DNA from: Paraspadella gotoi
Lineage: Eukaryota; Animalia; Chaetognatha
Assembly (NCBI GenBank): GCA_051294375.1
Contig: CM119267.1
Coordinates: 5,693,992-5,757,991 of the forward strand
Length of the DNA stretch: 64,000 bases
Reading direction: 5' to 3'
A model generated the notes under the pieces. It had not been told where the DNA came from. It did no database searches and saw only the letters and a list, made by a program, of their open reading frames with translations. The translations under genes and the position numbers were made by a program. Positions within the stretch are counted from its first letter, which is position 1. Each line of letters begins with the position of its first letter. Positions 1 to 10,413 of the stretch are shown piece after piece.

Positions 1-1033
1 CGTCAGATATAACCACATTGGAGAGACACACTTCCGAAATAATCTCGCACCAGAATCGGGGCTTCAACAAACATTCAACAATCAAATCCAAATTCTCGCT
101 GAACGTACAAAAGGTGAACGCAAAATACCGATGAAAATACCGTAAAAGTTCACCGTGTACAAAGCGTAGACGTACCACAGCCAAGAATTTTGTCCCGTCC
201 CTTTCCTGTGAGAAAGAGGCCGCCGAGGGCGATGACAATGGCACGGCCCAAAAGGTGAATATGAGAATTTGCGTCACTTGATCCTTTTGAAATTGATGGA
301 TGACGGACATGGATAGAACGTTGATGGGGATGGTCGCCAGACTCGACCAGAGGATACTTGGCGCAGGATGGAGACTCTCAACAACCTGGAGGCGTTTTCA
401 TCTCGAAGGTCGGAGTCGACGCGGATGCAACGAGGATTCAGCAACAAAGTTGCTTCGTCTATTTCCCCGTGACAATCGGCGCCATTCTCGTTGACCGAGC
501 GGCGATTGTCCGCGCCGACGGGGATAGGCTGCTGCTGCAGTTCGGGATGCAGCAGCATCAATGTCGAAGCCCGGATCAGCGCGGGAGAGATAGTGAGCAG
601 GACCGGAAGCAGTTGCAGCGTAAAGAGTCCGGCGAGGAAGAGACCAATGAGGAACTCGGCAACGTCTTCAACGGCTTTGTTGAAGTGATCGCCGCAATGA
701 GGACAGATGTCCTTGATGTTACTGGCGCCGAGATAATCCGGCGCCGCCAGAATGAGGATAGAAACGAAGGTAAGTGCGCCACCGAGGAAGCCCAGTGCTC
801 GACTGACCCACAACAGGTGATGAGCCGCCGCCGCGCGGAAGCACCCGGCCCCATCGACGAGAAAGGCCACCCAAAATAAGACACAAGAGGCGACCAGCGT
901 ATAGCATTGTGCCCGCTCGGCTGAGTTGAAGTTCTCAAAGGCTCCCGAGAAGATGGTGGCATTGCTGGGCCAGGAAAGGTCCATTCCTGCTTCGTGAAAA
1001 ATTAGTGCGATCTGAGCTTTGGCCGAAAAGTTT
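1..1033 (-). CDS. Exon 2, segment C: second multi-TM module; further single-base frameshifts below ~350; CDS runs off the window start
   Basis: Adding one base near 1033 gives ..ARRDAINFSAKAQ.. into ORF 274..1122. Below 350, alternating frames give contiguous TM-like peptides (ILWSSLATIPINVLSMSVIHQ, ILIFTFWAVP/IVIALGGLF, WLWYVYALYTVNFYGIFIGI, WCEIISEVCLSNVVISD) with no true stop before base 1. Confidence 0.7.
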
Positions 1034-2085
1034 ATGCGTCTCTTCGAGCTAGATCCGCGACCACTTTGGTGTAACAGAAGACGCCGATCGCGAGGAACAA
1101 TCTCCGATAGGAGACCCTCCAACCGTTTTTCTTAGGGTCTGGGTATTCTTTCCATTCCATCAAGAACAACAGCAGTCGATGGAGCAAGAGCACGTTTATT
1201 CTCAACCATTCTTTCCAGTTGGTCGAGATTTTGTAGCATTTGTAGCATTTGTAGCATTCGGCTTGGCAGAATATCTCAATCCTATTGTTGGGCAAGGAAT
1301 TGTCTGTGGTTGATTCTGCCTCAGAATTGATGCTCACAATATTCAATATTGTAAAGGAAAGGTGAAGGCTCCAGAAAAATGAGGCAAGGAAGGCCTTCTT
1401 GTTGAAAGAGGAAAAATCCATGAAATTCATTGTACCTTCTTTGCCCAAAATATAATCGCAAAGTGGGATATAGACCAAAAAAAATGATATTATCTGTATA
1501 AGTATGATCCAACCTTTTCCGATTTTCATTCGTTTTATAAGAGTGTTAAATAAATGATGAACCACGATCCAGCTCCAAAGAAACACGTTTGAACCCATGA
1601 AAACTATATCTTTGCCCGTGGCTTGACTCCATATAACCACAGAATGCAGACAAATAAATGGCTGAAATAGGGATGTTATTATGATTAAATTCTTTATCAC
1701 TTCGAATTTGCTTTCTTGCGAAGCTTTTTGATAATGTGATTTTATGTTGAATAAAATTAAACCTGTATACAGCCCTCCACCAAAGCCTTGGAACATTACA
1801 AGAAAAACATAGGACAATACTGAAAGAGTTAAACCACTAAAAGCAGTTTGGACAACATAATTACCATATTTGTAAGCTTTTGGATTTTCAGTTACAAAAC
1901 TGACATTACCTTCTTTTAATGATATTAAATATGAAATGTTACTAAACATAGTTGGCTTCAATATAATAACCAAGTATAACGCCATGGCAAGCATATTTAT
2001 CACTAAATTAAATGATCTCCAAAATCTAGAAGTGCCTGTGACGGTAAAAATCCATAAAAGGGTTATAAGCAAAGCCAGAAGTACG
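1034..2085 (-). CDS. Exon 2, segment B: first multi-TM module (reached by a +1 frameshift at the G run 2085-2087)
   Basis: Removing one base from TCCCGTA joins ORF 2026..4563 to ORF 1032..2072 and rebuilds a hydrophobic helix GFCCLSVLLALLITLLWIF. The 346-aa ORF has several TM-like segments. Confidence 0.75.
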
Positions 2086-4587
2086 GGATAAGCAGCAGAA
2101 ACCGACTATTTGAGTTTCGTGAAAAAATTTGACTATGTTATTTTTATCAAGGTATTCAGGAGGAATATTAAGCGTGTCTGTATCAAATATCGATAGGGGA
2201 GTTTGTAAATTAACCCAGTCGGTGGCAAAGATTAAGCTGACAATACAACAAATGAATAGAAGTACAAATTGAAATGCATCTTTAGATATGGAGGAAATAC
2301 CTTGTATTGATTGCTTTCTCTGTCGCAACCCAAAATTTAGTGTAATTGATTTCAGTACTGATGTAGACATCTGAAATATTTTTTTAAAAACATTTAATGT
2401 AACAACTTTTGTTTTTACTGAACAAATTTTCAGGTAACTTATAAAACCATGCAAAAAACTATGCAAATAATTTGTTTGCTTGTGAAAAATAATTATTGTA
2501 AAAAATGCAATTATTGTAACAAAAACAATAACCAAAATAACGATAGCCCATGTGGGGAATACAAATGCAGATAAAAATGAGCAAGTCTCTATATCTGATT
2601 GATAATTCAAAAGTAAGTTAATAAATCGGTTTTGAAACTGTTTTGTTAAACATTGGCCAACGGCAATGTTAAGCATAGGATAATCACAATTAGTACAATT
2701 TTCGTCCACACAATTTATTGATAAACTAAACAGAGACCGATCTACATTAAGCTCTTTTACCGAAAAATATAATCCAGTTGAACTCTGAAAACATTGGTTT
2801 GTTATGTTTCCTATGTCAAGGCGCATTAAAAACACTTCAGGAACTATACCTTGTGGTTCATAGCTGCACAAAGACTTAGTGTTTAAAAACTGATTGAACA
2901 CCAACTCATTTGTTTTCGGTTTTTTATTAGTACACGGAATACCAAACACCAAAGACGAATTGTGATTGCTAAAATAGCATTTACTCGTTTCCCAAGAAGA
3001 AAGTTGAAATTCGCATGCTTGGCAAATTGCATTGCAAAAAAGATTTAAATTTCCATTATTGTACGAATAAAAGGTTTGAGTTTCCTTGCCATTAAAATAT
3101 ATGGGACTGCAATAACCATTATTAGGAATAATTTGATAACTAAGGGCTTGTGATCCTGCATCATGAATTGAGCAGGAACCAGAATTTGGAAAATAGGATA
3201 CAACTAAATTTTCGGTTTTAGAGAGCAAAGACTTTTTGGAAAGAAAACTTGAAGCATTTGATTTTTTTCCATTGCTCGTATTGTTAGTCTTTAGTTTTTT
3301 GTTGAGATTATTAGGAGTCTCTTTCAATTGTGACACAGAACAAATTCCTGATTTTCGCTTGCATGTATCAAAATTTGAAAATGACTTTTCTTGCGAACAA
3401 GTGCAAAAGCTAAGTATGGACATAAATCCATGGTTTTGATCAGGATTGGTTGTTATGTGCTTTATTTTAAGCTCTGGATGAGCTACGTAAGGTGCTATTT
3501 CATTTGGTAAGGTCAACGGTTTAGTATCTAAGTAACTGTTGATGGTAGGTCTTAAATTATCAATTCCAGCTTTCATGATGTCATCCTGAAGTGATTCCGG
3601 CAAAGGCAGCGATGGTTTAAACGGTTTTGTCTTCAGATGGGAAAAGTCAAAACTTTGCACTTGGACAGTTATCGCTGGATTGGTCACGTTTTTAAGAAGC
3701 AAAGTACCATTTCCGGAGAGAAACGAAAATTGAGCATCAAACAATATATTCTTTTCCGTACCGTTGCTAGGAGACAGCGGCGTGCAAGTGCTTTCCACAA
3801 GACCATGTAAAATGGTCAAATTGAGAAAATTGTCGCTAGGTACGGAGACCAGTGGTGCATCATAGTACACGCGAGTGACTATAAATGTATCCAACAAAGT
3901 TACATTTCCCTCGTAATTGGTCTGTTTTGAACGATCAGCGAACCACATCAACGCCGTGAGAAATGTACTCGATAACCTCGATCCTTGAAGCAAATGAGAC
4001 TGGGAATCGTTGGTGCTGGAGAACGTCCATTTGTCATCCGGTATTCCGACGGATCGAGAAGTTGGTTGCGGCACAAACGTCTCGTTGACGCCTTCAAAGG
4101 TCCCGGTCAGTTGAGCCTTGGCGTGGAAGACGACGTATTCGTCCTCGAACCACAACAAGTTTATAACTCGATAGGCGATGTAAACATTTTCAAAAGGAGA
4201 AAATACAACCGGCACATTAAAAGATTTCTCGTAATTTTTGGCGGCGTATTCGATGTAATTTTGGACTCCATCGGTAATGAGGTTTAACCAATTTGGATAA
4301 AATATATCAACGATCCAACTGGCGTGACATCCGCTGATTTTCGGTTTGCCGATCGATTTCACGATCACCGGTAAAACGTGAAGGGCGAGCCTTTGGCCAG
4401 AAGTGTCCCATTGAACTTGGAATTTTGCCACGACGTGGAGCGTGGCTTCATAATGTATCGTTCCTCGGCAGATCGTGCCACAGAAGCAAAAGATAAATCG
4501 AAAGCAATCGCTCAAATGTACGTAAGCTGGAACGTAAACGGACGCAGTCGCAGTGACAGTCACCGTGGTGTTACTGTTGAGTTGTAC
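2086..4587 (-). CDS. Exon 2, segment A: two BPI/LBP-like domains, two Cys-rich repeats, a TM helix and the start of the first multi-TM module
   Basis: 845-aa ORF. BPI-like motifs seen by eye: SGCHASWIVDIF (cf. xSWLxxLF), LQGSRLSSTFLTAL (cf. MVYLGLSDYFFNT), PTINSYLDTKPLTLP..PELKI..GFMSI (cf. PxVNExLxxGFPLP..FL). Two C..CxxxCxxC..C modules, TM WAIVILVIVFVTIIAFFTIIIF and many NxS/T sequons. Family assignment needs HMM or structure confirmation. Confidence 0.8.
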
Positions 4588-4820
4588 CTTAAAATTTTTT
4601 AAAAAAGCTTTTTTTAAAATTTTTTTTAAAAAATTTTGACCGTTTTACTAATTTATCTTCATTTTTCTCTCCTGCTTCAATAATCCATATTTATGGATTT
4701 ATTTTAGAAATATATGGATGATCAAAAGATTCTGCTATCAATCCTTTTTTCTTTGATTTAGTTTACGCGAAATATGTAAATTTTACTCGTTTTGATTTTA
4801 AACTTAAAAAAAAAAATCAC
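4588..4820 (-). other. GT-AG intron (233 nt, phase 0) of the BPI-like membrane protein gene
   Basis: Minus strand aag|GTGATTTTT...TTTTAAG|gtacaactc, AT-rich. It joins DSIK to VQLNSNTTV in frame with ORF 2026..4563. Confidence 0.85.
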
Positions 4821-5156
4821 CTTGATGGAATCTTGAACCAGGTTGATGTGGGAGTGTTCGTTGGTAGGTCCCATATGGTAGCGAAACCCGCAAGGGCTCC
4901 CGTTGTCCATGGTGGGGATCGGCTTTGCCTCCAACTTCCGAAGCCCCAGGTCCAAGAATTTAGCGTATCTGTACGGCGCCTCGTCCAAAGCGTCTTGAGT
5001 GACGATGTAGGAGGCCGCCTCGAACCAGTCGTCTTCTCCGCCTTTGAGCCGAGGCTGCTGGAGAAGCGGCGGCTGTTGACTCGTTTGTTGTCCGTCGAAG
5101 CAGCCCGAGGGTCCCACTCGAAAGAGGGCAATCAGGCCGAGAATGAGAAGTTTCAT
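4821..5156 (-). CDS. Exon 1 of a large BPI/LBP(TULIP)-like multi-pass membrane protein gene (signal peptide and start of BPI-like domain 1)
   Basis: ATG at 5156 starts MKLLILGLIALFRVGPSGC (signal-peptide-like). YIVTQDALD resembles the BPI/LBP N-terminal motif RITQKGLDY. The 336-nt exon (112 codons) ends at AAG|GTGATT, a phase-0 donor in frame with the acceptor at 4588. Confidence 0.85.
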
Positions 5157-6529
5157 CTTGGACGACGGAGTCGTTGCTTTTGTTTCTGTTGTTGTTGACG
5201 TTTGTTTTGTTTTTTTGCTCGTTTTTATTTTTTTTTTGTTTTATCTAATGTAAGTTTTATTTAGGTTTGACATCGAATTAATAAGGCAAAAAGCCTTTCC
5301 ATTAGAACGTATAACAGGTTTTTAAATCGTATCATGAAACAATGAGACGGGACGAGAAAAAAAGACTCGTTAAACCGAAAGGAAACGACTATTATTATTA
5401 TTATTAAGTGTCTGACATCGACGAGAGATCAGGAATTGACTTCAAGCCTCAAGGCTCCGCGCGATTTTGAAAAAAAAACTCGATTAACACCGAATATCGC
5501 AGATCAATAAACTACGAAGTCGAATCTAGTATAATTACGATTACATTTAGTGTTCAATTCCGAGAATTCGTTGCATTCTAAAATATATTTACAAATCGAA
5601 TTTTTTGTTTTGTTTCCCCGATATAAGCTATGTTCCGCGAGAGACTGGGGAATCCCCAAAATGCAGTCGACCCAATTCCATCCGGGATCACGAAATTCCA
5701 GGCAGAGAAGGATGTAACCGGGCGTCAGTGTTTGCTATCGGGCAGCTGCCAAAGATTCTCGATCCTGCGCCGCGTGCTGCAGCACGACGCCGTAGCGACT
5801 GCTCCTAAAAGAATAAAGTCCAAACCGGGTGACAAAGGAAAAAAAATACCAGCAGCATTTATATTCAAAAATCTTTTTATCGAGACAGACCGGGCGAAGC
5901 CGGTCCTGTCTCTATAATAATTCGCTTTCGCTTCTTTGTGCCGTAGTCGTCGTCGTCGTCGTCTTGACTTGACTTGAAAGGCATTCGTCGTCGTCGTCGT
6001 CGTCGTCTGCGTCACGCTTTTTTTGCAATCATGGCTTCTAAAAGTGTGATATCATAGGGAATTGAAAATTTATATATGGCTTCTAATCATCAAGATCTTT
6101 AAAATTCTCATGTTTCATATCAATATTCCTATTTGTTTATGTTTTATTTACAAAACAAAAACCTTTTAATTATATGTCTCTTTCCCTCTCTCTTTCTTTT
6201 AATTATATGTCGCTCTCTCTCTCTCTTTCAGAACTGTTGCAAACCCATAAACAGCATTTCATTTAAGAAACAAAGCTAAAGTATTTAAAGATTATAAGAT
6301 AGGAAAAAATGTATAAAGAAAATATTTAAAACTATGTACGTATATTTTTATATCGTCTGTTTTTGGACCGCGCGTCGAAGATCTATCCTTTTAAATAGCA
6401 AATACGTCACTTTTTTTACTTCACTTTCACCTTGCGCCCAATCTCACAAAGCAAAGTTCTTCCCCCCTTCCGAGTCGTCTGTTTTTTTTTTACGTATGTA
6501 TTTGGCTCCTGGCTCGGCCCGAACATAAC

Positions 6530-6569
<40 letters not shown>

Positions 6570-6745
6570 CTAAGGAACCGACGTTTGTCGTAAAAGGGCC
6601 ATTCGTCGCCGATTCCAATCCGCCTCCTTTAAGGGTCCCCCTATCGAAAATAAATCCCATCTCCCGATTCACTCGCAAATTCTTTTTTCTGTCTTTCTTT
6701 CTTTGTTTTTTATTCTGTCCGACTTCGCCTCCCGGAAAGAACTAC

Positions 6746-6763
6746 TGCGCAGTGCGCATGCGC
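6746..6763. promoter_or_regulatory. NRF1/EWG-type palindrome TGCGCATGCGC (with an adjacent TGCGCA half-site) in a CpG-rich patch ~1.6 kb upstream of the BPI-like gene ATG
   Basis: Motif match only: actactgcgcagtgcgcatgcgc. Confidence 0.3.
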
Positions 6764-7259
6764 CCCTTTCCCGAGGATACGCAGCCCTGTCTGACCACCT
6801 TCCCCACCGGTTCTATGATCCATCTATGACCAACTGCTTGGCTCTTTTTCAGTCTTCCCGTCACTCCGTAGTTCTCCGAAGTCGTGTTAGCCAATGATTT
6901 TCAATTGGCGTAATTTACATCTCTCGCAGAAACTGCGGCTTTTGTAAAACGCTGTAAAACGCAGTATTTCATAGTAGACTATTTTAACGAAATTTTAAAA
7001 TCAAAGCCGTTACATTTAATCGCTTATATGACGTTCAAATACGGAAGAAGGGCAAACGTACATCCCGAATCTTAAAATAAAATTTGACCAAATGTTTCGT
7101 TTTATTTCGGTGCCGTCCACGGTTTCGTCTTCTAACTCCAGGTTCTTTCTTTAAAATTCTTTTTTTTTCTTTTTTTAACTATTGCTCCACCAACTCTCTC
7201 TCTCTTCTTTAGATTTTGCTTTACTTTTAATCATGTCTCCCCATTTTCTTCCTCAGTTT

Positions 7260-7753
7260 ATTGCTCCCTTGAATTTCCTATCTTTCCTTTCCTCCCTTTC
7301 CCTTTCCTCCCTTTCCTTTTCTCCCTTTCCCTTTCTTCCCTTTTCTTTCCTCCCTTTCCCTTCCCTCCCTTCCCTTTCCCTTTCTCTTTCCTCCCTTTCC
7401 CTCCTTTCTTTCCTCCCTTTCCCTCCTTCCTTTCCCTTCCTCCCTTTCCTTTCCTTTCCCTCTCCTTTCCTCTTCCCTCCTTCCTCCCTTTCCCTCCTTT
7501 CCCTTTCTCCTTTCTTCCTTTCCCTTCCTCCTTTCCCTTTCCTCCCTTTCCATTTCCTCCCTTTTCCCTTCCCTTTTTCCCCTTTCCTTTCCTCCCTTTC
7601 CCTTTCCTCCCTTTCCCTTTCCTCCCTTTCCTTTCCTCCCCCTTCACACGCATCAGACCTTCGAACTTCAAACCATCGAAACTTCCTCCAAAGAATCGTC
7701 GTCCTTCAAAATATTCGAACGAGACGCCATTCTCTCCTCTCTCTCTTCTCTCT

Positions 7754-7803
<50 letters not shown>

Positions 7804-7855
7804 CTCCTCTCCCTCCTCCCTCCCTCCCCTCTCTCCTCCCGTCTCTCTCTCTCCC
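7260..7855. repeat. Polypyrimidine (TTCCC/TTTCC)n and (TC)n tract
   Basis: Read directly from the sequence. It produces the spurious K/G/R/E-rich and F/P/S/L-rich ORFs. Confidence 0.95.
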
Positions 7856-8118
7856 CGACATATTAACGAGCAGCGTATATATATAAAGAGATGCCTTGTT
7901 TCAAGAGTGGCGTCAAGATTTCGTCCCCTCCCGCGACCCGCCGACCAAGGACGAGAGTAAGAGACGCCAACGGCTCCCGTCGTCGTTGTTGTCGTCGTCG
8001 TTGTTGTTGTCATTTCGCGTCGGAACGGTCGCCCCGTGGATCGTTGAGCATCGCCGATCGTCCGACAGAGAGTCGTTGGCTTCGTCGGCCAATTCACTTT
8101 TTTTTTTTAAAACCGGAT

Positions 8119-8215
8119 ATTAGTTGCGCCGCTGGTGGTCGTATAACTATAAGGCAGTTATAGTCGGACGGTCGGTCAGTCGGTATGTCGGTCTGTCCCG
8201 TCTGTCCCACTCACG
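8119..8215 (+). mobile_element. Diverged HINE-like element 5' end
   Basis: ttagttgcgccgc sub-TIR followed by gtcggacggtcggtcagtcggtatgtcggtctgtcccgtctgtcccactc. Confidence 0.55.
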
Positions 8216-9223
8216 TTTTAAATTCCCGTAACTCTCGTAATGCCGCGACGTTTTAGTAAATACTAAAGAGGGTAGTTAATTCGAGTATTTAGAAACGTTG
8301 TAGTTGAACACGATGTGGATCAATTTGGACAAAGGCGTGGAAATATGATTGTTAAAGCAAATAACTTTACTTTGTTTTTAATTAATTATAACGCTTTTAA
8401 AATAGCTAAAATTTTGAGTTGAAATTCGAATTTCTTTTCATGGACGCGCGTCTTACTATTTTATAAGTCTTGCTCTACCTCCGATTTTACTTCTTCGAAC
8501 TAGAATAGGGGATGAGGGGGATTGACCTTGAAATTGCGTCTGACCTTGAAGGTTTTGAGACTTTAAAGAGAAGGTGGATTCGAAAGAGTGAAAATTCAGA
8601 TGAAAAAAAAAAAAGATTCAGAGGAGAGGTGGATGTATATTCATTATATATTCAGAATTGAAAAAGATTTAAAAAGGAACGAACTTCGGACCAAAAAAAA
8701 AAAAAAGATTTTAAGTAGGCCATCGTGGTATGTCACAAGCTTCTTCCACGGCGTTGCTTGCTTTTTTCAAAAAAATGCTTGATTTCGTTACGAGGTCGAT
8801 TTTAAAATTATTTTTTTTCTTCCAATCATTCTCTTGATTCTTTTTCTCCTTCCTTTGCTCAATTTTCGCTCATCAATTTTCAGTTTGAAAGAAAAAACAA
8901 ATTATGTAAAAAAAAAATGGGGAAAAAAATAATAAGGCTTCCGGGAAATGAAGTTCATGAGGCGAATAAATGAGGAAAAATAACGGGGAAAACTTTTTTT
9001 TTTTGGAAGGATTAACTTGTACGCATGAAACTGTAAAGAAAGAAAAACTAGGAAACGAATAAAAAGACGTATAGACTAAAAATAGATATAGATAAAAAAA
9101 GATTTTAAAATATGAAAAAAGTAGAAAAAAATCTCACAAGTAAGGTTCTTTTTTGTTACCACGTCTTTATCGAGGACATGTAGGAAGAGAGGAGAGAGAG
9201 GAGAGGAGGAGAGAGAGGAGAGA

Positions 9224-9275
<52 letters not shown>

Positions 9276-10363
9276 GGAAGGAAAGAAAAAAGAAGCATAC
9301 GAACAAAGAGAGAAACAAAGAAAGCAAAAACGAAAAAGAAAGAGAAGAAAAGAGAAAGAAAGACAGAAAGAGAGACAAAAAGACAAAGTTAAAAAGAACC
9401 AAACAGGAAAAGAAAAGAAAGAAAAGAAAGAAAAAAAGAAAAGAAAGAAAGAAAGAAAGAAAGAATTGATTCTCGATCAGTGAGATCGAGGAAGGGAAGG
9501 GAAGAAAAAAAAATATTCCGCTCAGCTCCACTTCATTATTCGTCGATCGGAATCACGACTGAAATTTCAGCGAAATCCAATTAAGAAAGAAAGAGGGAAG
9601 AGGAGGAGGAGGAGGAGGAGGAGGAAGAGGAGGAGCAGGAGGAAAAACAATAAAATCTGCGCACCTGATGGTTGATGGAATCGAGGGAAAAGGTTTTTTG
9701 ATCTATTTTTCTAACTTTTTAGACCATTTATCTATGTATTACTCGGCGGTAGAGAAATCGGGATGAGGCATTTTATCAAGGTGGCCAGCTTGGTAATTGA
9801 CAAAAAATTTTATCTAAGATGAAATTTTTTTAAAAATGGCTAAATCAATAACGATAAACTAAATTAAAAGTTTTAGAAAATAAAATGAAAGTCTATAAAT
9901 CTGGTCGGGCATTTATCAATCTCTTTCTTATTATATATTATATCTATTTTTATATCTCTGTATTTTTTTCCAAATATCTGCTCAAATAATTTTCTTTATT
10001 CAAGATCATTAACCGTTGAATCTGCAAGCCTCCATCTTTTTTTGTGCCTTCTTCTTCCGTCTCCTCTCTTGTCGTCTCCGTTTTTCTCTCTCTCTCTCTC
10101 TCCCTCTCTCTCTCATCTCTCTCTTCTCTCCCCCCCCTCCCCAACTCTCCATTCTATTTTTTATTCCTCAGTCTCCTTCCCCTTTTCAGCCGACATATCT
10201 GTCCTCTTATTTAACCGGACGAAACAAATTTCCGAAAATCGATTTTCCCTTAAGAACTTTTTTCTCTCTTTTCGCATTTCCCCTTTTTTGTGCCTTTTTC
10301 TTTTCCTCGCTAATTACCCCTTAATAACTTCTTCGAAAAAGTGAGTCTTTCAAACCGTCTCTC

Positions 10364-10413
<50 letters not shown>

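Noticed and set aside
1033-2087. Programmed ribosomal frameshifting or RNA editing in the BPI-like gene
   Set aside because: No slippery heptamer with downstream structure is evident. Indels are numerous, occur in the globin too, and the assembly is visibly unpolished.
300-5198. Plus-strand ORFs 358..879, 3985..4287, 4378..4602 and 4833..5198
   Set aside because: They are antisense shadows of the GC-rich parts of the minus-strand gene.
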